64,000 nt of DNA from Candidatus Delongbacteria bacterium (GTDB lineage: Bacteria > CAIWAD01): contig OY760505.1 in assembly GCA_963663545.1 (NCBI GenBank), positions 1,344,001 to 1,408,000 on the forward strand, written 5' to 3'. The number at the start of each line of letters is the position of its first letter. Within the stretch, counting starts at the first letter, position 1. The position numbers and the translations under genes were made by a program. Positions 9,053 through 19,324 of this stretch are shown here, in pieces. The notes under the pieces are model-generated. The model was not told the origin of the DNA and ran no database searches. It saw only the letters and a list, made by a program, of their open reading frames with translations.

Positions 9053-10732
9053 CTACTCGCCTAGCAGGATGTGAATTCCATCGGTTCCCTCTGGAGCCGG
9101 TTCCCCCGGATCCATGGCACGCAGCCAGGCGTGTCTCACACGCTTCATAACCTGCGCTTCAATCTGCCGTGATGCAAGCAGATGACGGTCATCGTCGTAG
9201 AGCTTGAGCTCAACAAGTACGGCTCCCAGTCCTGGCAACGCGCCACTTGTATCACGAACACCAAGCTTTAGACTCGCTGGCGGTGTTCCTCTGCCGCTTG
9301 TCCGCGAGCTAAAACCAGCACCATTTGACATGGTGGCTTCCCACATCGCGCACGCCTCTGCAAAGGACTCGGGCAAACTGATTTCGAGCTGCAAGCTATC
9401 TGGTACCGGCACCAAGGCACCGGACTGAGGTAGCTGATGCAGGCCGCCCACGCGTGCATCAACAGTTGTTCCTGCCAGCACGGCCACATCTTCGATTCGA
9501 ACCGTATTCTCGCCAGCATGTATCACGGGTATCACACCGCGCGTCTGCTGGAGTTCTTCCAATAAGCCCGCCAATCGGAAATACTCAGCCGAATACGTTC
9601 CGCGGACAAGCTCGCCCCCCTCTGGTGTTATCGCTTGACCGCGATCAAGCTGTGCAGCCAACAGGCTCTCAAGTGGAATCTGCGCCGCCAGACTGTCCGG
9701 TAGATGCAGGTGTAACTCAACCAACTCCAGGCTGTTGTCACGCAGGCCCATCAGCAACGGTGTTTCATAGGCCTTGGTTCGACGTCCAAAAAGCCCCGCC
9801 AGCATGTTTTGTGTCACAGGCCTGCTCTGTACGCCGCTCGGCAGCAGCCAGTCACCCAAGCTGACACTATAGCTGATGCGATGGCTTCCCGTCGACTGCT
9901 CCGCCAGATCACCGAGCGGTAGCAGATACTCGTAGCTCACACGGTGCATCTTCTCGAAGGTGTACGCACATGAGAAGCCAAGTGCTTCGTGTCGATAGCG
10001 TACCCCGGCCTCAAGCTCCGGCAGCAAGTGTCCGTCCAAATACAAACTGGGCGAAAGCTCTGCGGCGAGTGCGCTTCCGGCGCTGCCATCGGCTTCGATG
10101 TAATCCAGATTGTCCACCGCAAGGCCAAACGCAACCTCACGCCCCCGCCACTCGACTCCCGCATAAGAACGAATGGGAGCGCGTGTATCACTGCCATTCA
10201 AACTCAGGCTGGGGCGATTAAGATGGCGGAGGGCGAGAGCCATATGCAGGCCGGGTAGCGGAGCGTAGAAACAGCCGACTCCCACAACCGGCTGCACACG
10301 TGAGCTACCGTCCCTGAAAACGGGATCTGCGCCCAGATCGCCATGTATCACACTGGAGTTCCAGCCGAAACGGTACATGCCGCCCTCGATACCAACAGAG
10401 AAGCCGGTGAGCGGCTGCCAGGCCCATTGCAAAGAAGCCTCAACTTCCTGTAACAAGTCTGTATCACGCATCCGCCCCTGCATTGCCAGATTCCATCGCG
10501 GCAACGTAAAGGCAAAGCCTCCTTGACCAAAGGCGGCAGGGCTATCGGCGAGGCCCAAATGCAGTGCCTGCCAATCCGCCTGGAACGTGAGCGGCTGCCA
10601 GGCTGCGAGAGCCGGATTCAAGCGCAGAGCGTCGTTATCGTGAATCTGCGCGGGGTTGCCACTGAATGCCATCTCAGCATGCGCACCGTTTGTCAGGGCC
10701 AGTAAGGCAGTGAGCAGGAGGGTCTTTTTCAT
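9053..10732 (-). CDS. PorP/SprF-like beta-barrel (T9SS type-B adaptor family) with long C-terminal extension
   Basis: Signal peptide; 'LNPALA', 'DPVF', 'HLNRPSLS', 'YEYLLPLGDL....GSHRISYS'; directly downstream of a type-B CTD protein. Confidence 0.7.
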   Translation of the reverse strand: MKKTLLLTALLALTNGAHAEMAFSGNPAQIHDNDALRLNPALAAWQPLTFQADWQALHLGLADSPAAFGQGGFAFTLPRWNLAMQGRMRDTDLLQEVEASLQWAWQPLTGFSVGIEGGMYRFGWNSSVIHGDLGADPVFRDGSSRVQPVVGVGCFYAPLPGLHMALALRHLNRPSLSLNGSDTRAPIRSYAGVEWRGREVAFGLAVDNLDYIEADGSAGSALAAELSPSLYLDGHLLPELEAGVRYRHEALGFSCAYTFEKMHRVSYEYLLPLGDLAEQSTGSHRISYSVSLGDWLLPSGVQSRPVTQNMLAGLFGRRTKAYETPLLMGLRDNSLELVELHLHLPDSLAAQIPLESLLAAQLDRGQAITPEGGELVRGTYSAEYFRLAGLLEELQQTRGVIPVIHAGENTVRIEDVAVLAGTTVDARVGGLHQLPQSGALVPVPDSLQLEISLPESFAEACAMWEATMSNGAGFSSRTSGRGTPPASLKLGVRDTSGALPGLGAVLVELKLYDDDRHLLASRQIEAQVMKRVRHAWLRAMDPGEPAPEGTDGIHILLGE

Positions 10733-13700
10733 CGGGCCACCCCCACGGTGCCTCGTGCGAGCACCTGATTTCCATCATACATGATGTAGGGATACACGCC
10801 GGGAAGCACAGGATGTCCGTTCACTCGACCGTCCCAACTCCACACAAACGTGCCTGCAGGCAAAGTGGCTCTGATCAGGCGCTGACCGCTCAAATCGTAA
10901 AGCTCAACACGGTGCTGATCGCGTGCGGCGACCGAGCCGAAATCGAAAACACCCAGGTCGTTGGTGCCATCCCCATTGGGAGTGAAGATGCGCGGTCGCA
11001 CGGCATACTCGAAGGCCCGCACCGCAACCGTTCCTGAAATCAGGTTCCCTGTCAGTTCTTCGCGGCCACCGCTAACAAGCAATTCGGCCTGCCATTCAAC
11101 ACTTCCCTGACTGAGCGGCATGACAAGATAGACAGGGTCAAGGTCCAGACTCCCGGAAACGAGAAGCACCTGCCCCAGGTTGCGGTAGAACACTTGCGTT
11201 CCGTTCTGTGACACAGTCACGGCAAGCATTCCATTCCATGGTCCCTGCACAAGATCAATCGCCAGATCCAGCTCGAGCGTATCACCGAAGGTCAACGATT
11301 GCGGCAAGGAGTTCTGCAGCTCCAGTGCCAGATCGGCTTCAGCGGTGCGCAGAATGCAGCTTCCGCTGGCATCAAATGGCAATGAACCCATAGCTGTCAG
11401 CGACCATTCCAGGCTTCCGAATCGCAGACTGTCACCAGGCTCCACATCCCACTCAATGAGGGTGCTAGCTGTGGAAAGACCGCTGAAAGCTATCGCAGTC
11501 CCTTCCGAGTCATCGCCGGTGCGGACGATGGCACTACAGTTCAAGCCATGGGCATCGGGATCAAACACAGTGAAAGCCAACTGCGCTGTCCTACCCTCAA
11601 CGAATTCTTCAGGTGGTGATTCCTGTAGCACAGGGACATCGTCGACGGCTTGGATGAAAACGGCCAATGTATCACGGGTGAAATTGCCAGCGGCGTCACC
11701 TAGTCTCAATGCCAGGGCCAAGTCAGGATAGAGCTCGCTGTTTGCGTTTAGCGCAGGTGACAACTGCACGCGGAGATTCTCCACCTCACTGTAAACAAGC
11801 ACGTCTCCGGCGGCTTCTCCATTTGTGCCGACTACGTCTTCAATGGTGAGAATCAACGCCGATGCCGGATCATCATCATCGCCAATCAGAGAGCTGAAAT
11901 CAATTACCTGCGGAACATCCTCGAGCAGATCGGGCAGTTCGCCGGCAAACCACGGATCCTCGCATTGTATTACGCCCGTAAGAGGTAGCCCAAACGATGT
12001 ATCACCCGTTGGATTCACAATCTCCACAATCAAACTTCCGTTCACCTGAAGCGGCCGCTGGCTGTTGTCGAAAGGACAGAAGTACAAGGGCAGGTCCAGG
12101 CTTTGGCCAGGATACAAGATTGTCGTAGCCGCTGTGGTGCAGAACCCGGCCGCTGCATTCTCGCTCGTCGCGGTGATACCGAGCAGCTCCAGGCGTCCCT
12201 TGACCGTGGCCGGGCACGAGAGGCGAACCGTTGCCGTGGGACAATCTGGTTCACAGGCCCCTTCAGGCCAAACTTCACAAACAGGATCAAAAGCCACGTG
12301 ATCCGTCGACCAGACAAGGCCCGTTTCACCACCTGAAACCAACAATACAACCGAAGTATGGTTGATGCGCCCGCTGCCGGTCACCGTCCAATCCATGGTC
12401 AGAAGATCGGTGTAGATCGTATCCAGCTCTGCGTCGGCGGTGTAGCTGATCTCCAGCGAGGCCACTTCATCGGGCTCGAATGAGCTATCACTATAGGCAT
12501 CCCACTGCACCGGAGAATCCGCCGGAGCCGCATCAATGGTCAACTCAATGGGGGCCTCGGCGCCTTCGTTACGCACATAGAGTGTAACCGTCGATGTCTC
12601 ACCCGGCAATAGATGCTGCATCGCCAGGCTATCGGTGTACGCCAACTGTCGCGTTCCGATGACTTCATTGCAGACAAGGTGAACGCTGCCATCGTCCATC
12701 AGCACCACCAGATCCTGATCTCCGTCCAGGTTTGCATCACACAGGCGCAAATGCCTAACAGCACTACCACCCATGGATTCAGACGCAATCAACGTGTGCG
12801 AATCGCTGGACTGAGACGGGTCTGGAATGGAAAGCACGCCCCCGTCCGTGGCCAACAGAAGCTCGCCGCGCTGTCCACACTGTGCGTGATACACATTGTG
12901 ATCCAGACGCCAACTGCCGGGTTCCGGTGTATCACCATCCAGATCCTCAAGCAGACAGAACTCTCCGTCACTGTTGTAGAGCATAAGGTCGATGGCAGAG
13001 TCGCCGTAGTTGTTCCAGGCCAGCAGGCTCTGATAAACGTGCCCGCTGTGACGCCACTCAAGCAGCTCATCCAAGCTTTCACCGTCGTAGCCGTAGATGT
13101 GAAGCTGGTTGTAGGCGTCATCAAGTACAGCAATGATGTCCTGATAGGTCGTACCGTTAAAGCGGCGGCCAGGAAACTCGACAATAGACAACGGTGTCCC
13201 GAGGTCATCCAGCAATTCTACGCCGGAGCTCATGTCGATGCCGCTACAATCGTCGTAGGAGGGATATAGCATCAGGCTGCCACCGCGCGTCGCCACCAGC
13301 AGATCGTTGCAGAGATGGCCGCCAGAAGTGCCAACAGGCAGCATCAGCATGGGCGACATGGCAAAGGATTCGCCGCTGATCTGTTCGGGTTCAAACCACA
13401 GTGTATCACCGGATCCGCTGCGTCTGAAAATGGTTACGTGCTCATCCTGGCCTGTGCTGTAAAGCAAAATTTCCTGGCCCGCGCGACCGCTATACGAAGC
13501 ATTACGCGCCTCGCGAGTCTGCAAAGGGCGATCAAGATTGCGTACGCCAAGACTTTGTGATACAACGCCATCGTACAGTGGATCAAGTCCCAGCCAGATG
13601 ATGCGCTCGCGGGCAATCAGGGCCAGATCCAGGTCGCCGTCTCGATCAAGATCTGTTGGCAGCATGTCCAGTATCTCGTCATTGACGCCAAATAGACTGA

Positions 13701-14124
13701 GGTTGTAGCCTTCGCTTTCGGCCATCCAACCACAACCATCGCAAGCGTAGGTCCATTCGGCGTGAAGACGGGTGATCGTGCCGGGCGGGTCCAGATCGGG
13801 CGGGATGATCTCCAAGTGAATCTGCCCGCCGGGAGTCCATTCGTAGTTGTCCTGAAAAATCAGCAGAACCTGATCGTAGGGCTCCTCAAAACCTACCGGC
13901 ATCGGCGACGCATATAAGAGGCCGTGTTGCATGTCCCGCAATTCGTAGTGGGCCCCCAGCATTGCCAATTCCGCATCGTCGATAGGAGGATCGAAGTTGA
14001 GTGTGAGGTACTGCAAATCGCTCGAAAGTACCTCGCCTGATGCCGGCTCAACACTTACTTCTGCGCGCAGGTTCGCAGCCAACAGTAGCAGGGCGCTTGT
14101 ACACAGTCTATGCCATCTGCTCAT
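10729..14124 (-). CDS. Large secreted adhesin-like protein: FG-GAP-like repeats, Ig/cadherin-like domains, type-B (CHU_C/gliding-associated) CTD
   Basis: 'DLDRDGDLDL', 'DANLDGDQDL', 'QAVDDVP'; C-terminus 'IFTPNGDGTND...YDLSG...WDG...G.PV.PGVYPY'. Confidence 0.8.
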   Translation of the reverse strand: MSRWHRLCTSALLLLAANLRAEVSVEPASGEVLSSDLQYLTLNFDPPIDDAELAMLGAHYELRDMQHGLLYASPMPVGFEEPYDQVLLIFQDNYEWTPGGQIHLEIIPPDLDPPGTITRLHAEWTYACDGCGWMAESEGYNLSLFGVNDEILDMLPTDLDRDGDLDLALIARERIIWLGLDPLYDGVVSQSLGVRNLDRPLQTREARNASYSGRAGQEILLYSTGQDEHVTIFRRSGSGDTLWFEPEQISGESFAMSPMLMLPVGTSGGHLCNDLLVATRGGSLMLYPSYDDCSGIDMSSGVELLDDLGTPLSIVEFPGRRFNGTTYQDIIAVLDDAYNQLHIYGYDGESLDELLEWRHSGHVYQSLLAWNNYGDSAIDLMLYNSDGEFCLLEDLDGDTPEPGSWRLDHNVYHAQCGQRGELLLATDGGVLSIPDPSQSSDSHTLIASESMGGSAVRHLRLCDANLDGDQDLVVLMDDGSVHLVCNEVIGTRQLAYTDSLAMQHLLPGETSTVTLYVRNEGAEAPIELTIDAAPADSPVQWDAYSDSSFEPDEVASLEISYTADAELDTIYTDLLTMDWTVTGSGRINHTSVVLLVSGGETGLVWSTDHVAFDPVCEVWPEGACEPDCPTATVRLSCPATVKGRLELLGITATSENAAAGFCTTAATTILYPGQSLDLPLYFCPFDNSQRPLQVNGSLIVEIVNPTGDTSFGLPLTGVIQCEDPWFAGELPDLLEDVPQVIDFSSLIGDDDDPASALILTIEDVVGTNGEAAGDVLVYSEVENLRVQLSPALNANSELYPDLALALRLGDAAGNFTRDTLAVFIQAVDDVPVLQESPPEEFVEGRTAQLAFTVFDPDAHGLNCSAIVRTGDDSEGTAIAFSGLSTASTLIEWDVEPGDSLRFGSLEWSLTAMGSLPFDASGSCILRTAEADLALELQNSLPQSLTFGDTLELDLAIDLVQGPWNGMLAVTVSQNGTQVFYRNLGQVLLVSGSLDLDPVYLVMPLSQGSVEWQAELLVSGGREELTGNLISGTVAVRAFEYAVRPRIFTPNGDGTNDLGVFDFGSVAARDQHRVELYDLSGQRLIRATLPAGTFVWSWDGRVNGHPVLPGVYPYIMYDGNQVLARGTVGVAR

Positions 14125-14996
14125 CGCATTCTCCCGCTACCCGCTTCCTCTACTTCCGAACCAACACGCTTCAGCCAGTTGATCCAACGGGCTGTATCAC
14201 GATAGCCTTCCGGCAATGCGCTGAAGCGCTTCAACGCCTCAGAACGGCGACCACTCTCAGCAAGCGCCATCGCAAACAAGTATTCCTCACCGCGCCCGTG
14301 CGGCGGCTCAAGCTCGTACTCTCGCCGCAGCCAAAACCACAACTCGGCTTCGGCCAACTGCTCGCGCTCCTTCCGGTCCAGCGGACCCACGCGCTTCAGC
14401 CAAAGTTCGCGCAGTTGCAATTGACAGGATGCGGAGCGTCCTGCCAGCTGCTGTAAGTGTCCAGCCTCCAACTCAAGACCGGGAGCCTGCATCGCCGCCA
14501 CAAGAGCCTGATTGCTGCCACCGTCGGCCGCCAGACGAAAACGCAGTTGTGGACGATGACTCAAGCGCAACAGTAAGCTGTCCGGCAAGGGCAAGTGCTC
14601 TCGCTCTCGCACCAACAGCCATTGTTCGGTCAAGGCTAAGGATACAGGCAGGGAGGCATCTGCCAGCGCGAACAGAGAATCCTGTTCTGCGGGCGCCTGA
14701 TCTCCTATCCAGTTGGCAAGAGGACGGCTCCAATCGGCGGGAAGCTGACCGGCCATGGTCTGAACAGCGGCCAGCAAATCGCCATCGTGCCACTGCAGCC
14801 ACGCCGACCGTAACTGTGGGTTCTGCCCATCCGGCGCAAGGTCCTGGTACTGGCGCGCCTGCTCCATGTGCCCCGTAAGCGCATACTCATCGGCTCCCGG
14901 ATGCAGAGCGGTGCAGCCCGTAATACACGCAAGTATCACAAGCAGGGCTACGATGATGTGTGGACGCTGTAGGCCATCCCTCATGAGCGGGCTCAT
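14121..14996 (-). CDS. Putative lipoprotein, helical/TPR-like
   Basis: Lipobox 'ITGC'; ATGA overlaps with selB and the downstream gene. Confidence 0.65.
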   Translation of the reverse strand: MSPLMRDGLQRPHIIVALLVILACITGCTALHPGADEYALTGHMEQARQYQDLAPDGQNPQLRSAWLQWHDGDLLAAVQTMAGQLPADWSRPLANWIGDQAPAEQDSLFALADASLPVSLALTEQWLLVREREHLPLPDSLLLRLSHRPQLRFRLAADGGSNQALVAAMQAPGLELEAGHLQQLAGRSASCQLQLRELWLKRVGPLDRKEREQLAEAELWFWLRREYELEPPHGRGEEYLFAMALAESGRRSEALKRFSALPEGYRDTARWINWLKRVGSEVEEAGSGRMR

Positions 14997-16924
14997 CCTT
15001 TTCCTTGCCCGGACAATACACGCAGACTATCGACGCGGCGAGTAACTCCCGCCTCATCCAAGGCCTCGAGGAAAGGTACCGAAAAGCGTCGCGGTGTGCC
15101 ATCCAGCGCTTTTCCCGCCTCAGAAACCGTAAACCCGCGCGGATCCTCTGCCACAATATCGGCCAATCGGCCCGGTGTCTGTTCCCAAGTCTGCCTACTT
15201 ACCCAGATCTCGGGAGTGATCTGCATCACATCGCCGCGCTGTCGGGCCAATGCGAGCAAACGTTTCAGCTCCGCCGCTGTACAGGGAAGCGCGCCAGCCA
15301 GCTCTGCAGGACGCGGAGGATGATACCCCGCCTCATCTATAATGTTGTGCAGGCGCAACAGCTGAGCCTCTAGAGCCGGTGAGAAATGCGCCGAGTGTCC
15401 ACGTATCGCCAGCAGCGCCCCACGTCGCTCGATTTTATCACCTCTGGTCAGGTCTTCCAGCAGGAAATCGAAGAGAATCTGCGCCGCATTACTGTAGCGG
15501 CCCTGTGTAAACTGCTCAGAGCGAAGCTGCGCAGCAGGCATCCCCTCCTGTTCTGGTTGCTCACGATGCCAGGCGACAAGACGCGCCAGCAACTCGGAAC
15601 GGATGCCCGCCAGGATCTCCCGGTCAAGATAAAAGCGTCGATTGCCAGCTGGCAGCAGCAGAATACGCTCCTGTACTAACAGAGCCTCCAAGCCGGGTTG
15701 CAGCTCGTCGGCCTTGAGACCGGTGTGGGAAACCAGATCCTCTACGCTCCACAATGGCTTGCGCAGATCGGCGATCAATCCCGCCAATCGCTGTTCCAGT
15801 TCCTCGTCGGCAATGCGGCTCAAACGCTTGACGGCACCTTCGGCGCGACTACGACGGTGACGATGTGGTGCGGGATCAACAATCTCGCCTCCACCGATGG
15901 TCTGCTGCGGTGAATAACGTCGTATCACATAGCGATCGCCAACCAAAGCGGCTACCTGTGATTCAAGGCGGATCTGGACAAAGCCCTCGCTTCCCGGTGT
16001 AAGCTCTTCGTGATCCAGCAGACTGATTCTTCCCAATAGCTCAGAAGTGCCGATGTGTACACGAACGCGCTCTCGCTGGCGTATCACGGGTGAATTGGGC
16101 AACAGACGCAGCATGGCGTCAAGCATGTAGCTCGGATGTAACACGCCTGGAGTGCAGATGCAATCTCCGCGTGACACTTGTTCCAAATCAATGCCCTGCA
16201 AGTTGACAGCGGCCCGGTCGCCCATGTGGACTTCTTCCACACTATGGCCGTGTATCTGGAGACCACGTGCCCGGCAGCGCTGCCCGCCAGGAAGGATCTC
16301 AAGGTCTTCGCCCAGGCGCAGGCTTCCCGACAGGACAGTGCCGGTGACAACAGTGCCATGCCCGCGAATTTGAAAGGCACGATCAACGTACTCGCGAAAC
16401 ACGCCACGCGTGTCGGGCTTCTCCAGTGCATCAAGGCGCTTGAGTAAGTCGTCTTTCAAGGCATCGATGCCACGTCCCGACAACGAATCCACCACATGCA
16501 GCGGAGCGTTCTCTAAAAAGGATCCGCCAACAAATCCGCGCAGTTCCTCGGCAACAAGCTCCAACCAATCTTCATCGACCGTGTCGGCCTTCGTCAATAC
16601 AATCATGCCGTGTTTCACACCCAGCAGACGCAGAATGTCAAAGTGCTCGCGCGTTTGTGGCATCACGCCATCGTCAGCGGCAACGACCAGTAGCACATAG
16701 TCGACGGTAGCCACTCCGGTGACCATGTTTTTGATGAAGCGCTCGTGACCGGGAACATCGATGACGGTAATTCCATCACCTAGAAAGGCAAAGCCCAGAT
16801 CGATTGTAATCTGCCGCTCGCGCTCCTCTTTCAGCGTGTCCGTATCCTGTCCCGTCAGAGCTCGCACAAGCGCTGTTTTACCGTGGTCGATGTGTCCTGC
16901 GGTTCCGACAACGATGTGAGACAT
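14993..16924 (-). CDS. selB: Selenocysteine-specific translation elongation factor
   Basis: '[11 protein letters not shown]', 'ITIDLGF', 'DVPGHERF', 'TKAD', C-terminal winged helices with '[13 protein letters not shown]'. Confidence 0.97.
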   Translation of the reverse strand: MSHIVVGTAGHIDHGKTALVRALTGQDTDTLKEERERQITIDLGFAFLGDGITVIDVPGHERFIKNMVTGVATVDYVLLVVAADDGVMPQTREHFDILRLLGVKHGMIVLTKADTVDEDWLELVAEELRGFVGGSFLENAPLHVVDSLSGRGIDALKDDLLKRLDALEKPDTRGVFREYVDRAFQIRGHGTVVTGTVLSGSLRLGEDLEILPGGQRCRARGLQIHGHSVEEVHMGDRAAVNLQGIDLEQVSRGDCICTPGVLHPSYMLDAMLRLLPNSPVIRQRERVRVHIGTSELLGRISLLDHEELTPGSEGFVQIRLESQVAALVGDRYVIRRYSPQQTIGGGEIVDPAPHRHRRSRAEGAVKRLSRIADEELEQRLAGLIADLRKPLWSVEDLVSHTGLKADELQPGLEALLVQERILLLPAGNRRFYLDREILAGIRSELLARLVAWHREQPEQEGMPAAQLRSEQFTQGRYSNAAQILFDFLLEDLTRGDKIERRGALLAIRGHSAHFSPALEAQLLRLHNIIDEAGYHPPRPAELAGALPCTAAELKRLLALARQRGDVMQITPEIWVSRQTWEQTPGRLADIVAEDPRGFTVSEAGKALDGTPRRFSVPFLEALDEAGVTRRVDSLRVLSGQGKG

Positions 16925-16992
16925 GCGTAATCTCCTGGTGGCGTGATACAGCGAAATATTGGCTTCAACCGGAAAGCCTGCATTGGAATGTG

Positions 16993-17772
16993 TTACAGTC
17001 CGCGCTCACTACGGATGGCGGACCATGCTTCCTGCAAGCGTTTGAATTTCTGCTCCGCGAACTCGCGGTATTCCTCACCCAGGTGTGCTACACGATCCGG
17101 ATGGAATTTCTTTGCCAACTCGCGATAGGCGCTCTTCAACTCCTCATTACTAGCTGTTGCCGGGAGCCCTAATACTTGGTAATGGCCCGAGGCGTCAGCT
17201 GATGAAGCGGGTCTCGCGCCAGTGTGTGCTCGTGAGCCACTTGCACCGAAAACGCTGCGCATGTCGCTGTCACTGATTCCGAGCAAGGTCCCTATTTGAT
17301 GAATGGCCTGTGTTTCACTGGAACTCAACTCACCGTCAGCCAGAGCAATGCTGAAGAGCAAATGACAAATCTGCAATCGCTCCTCGTACGCCATGTTCTG
17401 TGCGATCTGTGTGCAAACAGAAGCGATATCGAAATGCTGATGCAGTATCTGCTTCAGCACAATCATCATATCCTGTGCATCATCGCTACTGAATGTGCGT
17501 GCTACAAATTCACGCACCTTCTGCACCTCCGCAGAACTGACGCGTCCGTCCGCACGTATCACATAGGCGCAAAGCGCCATCAAAGCAACCGCAAAATTCC
17601 CTGGTTGTGTCTGTGCCTGTTGATGCGAATGAAACTGTCGGCTGCCCGGCGCCGCTTGATTGTCAACCATACGATCAAAAGTGTTTCCCAGCACCCCGCC
17701 CAGCAGCGCTCCCAGGGGACCACCAAATGCCCAGCCAATTCCACCACCGATTATCTTGCCGGCCCACGCCAT
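16993..17772 (-). CDS. djlA: DjlA-like co-chaperone (TM + TerB domain + J domain)
   Basis: 'GGPLGALLG', 'ADGRVS..E', 'ADGELS', C-terminal J domain 'HPD'. Confidence 0.85.
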   Translation of the reverse strand: MAWAGKIIGGGIGWAFGGPLGALLGGVLGNTFDRMVDNQAAPGSRQFHSHQQAQTQPGNFAVALMALCAYVIRADGRVSSAEVQKVREFVARTFSSDDAQDMMIVLKQILHQHFDIASVCTQIAQNMAYEERLQICHLLFSIALADGELSSSETQAIHQIGTLLGISDSDMRSVFGASGSRAHTGARPASSADASGHYQVLGLPATASNEELKSAYRELAKKFHPDRVAHLGEEYREFAEQKFKRLQEAWSAIRSERGL

Positions 17773-17785
17773 GCTATTCTCCTCG

Positions 17786-19240
17786 TTACTTTACTTGTTG
17801 TACGATCTGTAACACGCGCTGGACCAGATCCGAGTGATCCTGTTCGAAAACCGCCTTGATATCAAGAAAGAGATCACCCTCACGTATTGTTGCTACTACC
17901 GAAGGCTCACCTACACGCAGAGCTCGATGGATGTCCTCGACCTTGACCGCTGTACTCAGTCGGAGTCTCAAACCCGCACTGGGAAGATCCTGCTCGGGAA
18001 GTGCACCGCTTCCAGTCCTGGCCGTCGACGTCTCAATCCGAAGAGAAAAGCCGTCACACACAAGTTCATCCTGATGCGGCTTCCGTGATACAACACTAGC
18101 GAATTTCTGCAGCAAACTCCTTGTGCGTGTCTTAGCCTCCTCTGGGCTCTCGTTGCACATGCGGTACACGGGCAGTTCATTCAAACGCTGTTCTCCAGCC
18201 AGGTACACTTGTAGCACGGATTCCAGAACCGCCAAGGTCATCTTGTCGCAACGAAGTGCGCGCATCATTGGATTCCGCGCCAGGCGACGTATGTGCTGCG
18301 CCTTTCCAACTAGAATTCCCGCCTGTCCTGCTCCCAGCATTTTGTCACCGCTGAAACAGACAAGGTCTGCACCTGCACGAATGGACGCGGCCACTACCGG
18401 CTCGGCTTGCGGTACGCCTGGAAAATCCACCAGCGCTCCACTGCCCAAGTCCTCTAGTAGCATCAGATCGCGATCATGCGCTAGCGCTGCAAGCTCTTTC
18501 AGCTCCGGCGTACTACTGAAGCCGATCACCCTGTAATTGGAAGTATGAACTGCCAAAAGGGCGGCTGTACGATCTCCTATTGCCTCTTCATAGTCGCTCA
18601 AGTGAGTTCGGTTGGTCGCACCAATTTCCACCATGCGGCATCCGCTACGACGTATCACATCCGGAATGCGAAATCCTCCACCGATCTCGACCTGCTGACC
18701 GCGTGATACAATGACCTCGCGACGGCTACACAGGGTATGCAGCATAAGGAAAACGGCGGCCGCGTTGTTGTTGCAGACTAGTGCATCTTCGGCTCCAGTC
18801 AGCAGGCACAGCATTTTGCGTACGCGATCCTCGCGCTGTCCACGCTTCCCTGAATCCAGCAGGAACTCCAAATCTGTGTAGGACAGCAGCACTTCCGACA
18901 ATCGCTGCTGTGCCACTAAAGGAAGCGGTGCTCGGCCAAGACCAGTATGTAACACGACACCGGTTGCATTGATTACACGCCGCATTGTATTGGTGTCAAG
19001 TTCGCGAGCGGCCTGTATCACACGCGCCACAACCATTTCCGGCTCCAGAGCCTTTTTCCTCTTTCCGGACAAGAGTTGATCGCGCAGGCTCCCCACTACT
19101 TGTTGCACCAAGCGCGTGCGAAAAGCCGGGGCAAAGGCATGCAATTCGTGCTGCAGCTGTTCGTCGGCAAGGAGCTGATCGACCTTGGGAAGGCTACGCA
19201 GGATCTGCTGATCTGGGTTAGGCTTGTCGGACTTGTTCAT
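17786..19240 (-). CDS. selA: L-seryl-tRNA(Sec) selenium transferase
   Basis: 'VINATGVVLHT.LGRAPL', 'NNNAAA', 'SRGQQVEIGGGFRIP', 'EDLGSG', 'FSGDKMLG'. Confidence 0.97.
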   Translation of the reverse strand: MNKSDKPNPDQQILRSLPKVDQLLADEQLQHELHAFAPAFRTRLVQQVVGSLRDQLLSGKRKKALEPEMVVARVIQAARELDTNTMRRVINATGVVLHTGLGRAPLPLVAQQRLSEVLLSYTDLEFLLDSGKRGQREDRVRKMLCLLTGAEDALVCNNNAAAVFLMLHTLCSRREVIVSRGQQVEIGGGFRIPDVIRRSGCRMVEIGATNRTHLSDYEEAIGDRTAALLAVHTSNYRVIGFSSTPELKELAALAHDRDLMLLEDLGSGALVDFPGVPQAEPVVAASIRAGADLVCFSGDKMLGAGQAGILVGKAQHIRRLARNPMMRALRCDKMTLAVLESVLQVYLAGEQRLNELPVYRMCNESPEEAKTRTRSLLQKFASVVSRKPHQDELVCDGFSLRIETSTARTGSGALPEQDLPSAGLRLRLSTAVKVEDIHRALRVGEPSVVATIREGDLFLDIKAVFEQDHSDLVQRVLQIVQQVK

Positions 19241-19262
19241 GCTTGTCCTGTGTTACAGTAAA

Positions 19263-19295
19263 GACGGCTGTCCACGAAAAGGGCAGACAGCCGTC
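19263..19295 (-). terminator. 10-bp stem hairpin 22 nt upstream of selA (terminator/attenuator-like)
   Basis: GACGGCTGTC / GACAGCCGTC perfect inverted repeat, followed by TTTA on the minus strand. Confidence 0.45.
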
Positions 19296-19324
19296 GAAAT
19301 CGGCTACACTCGCCACCGGACCCC

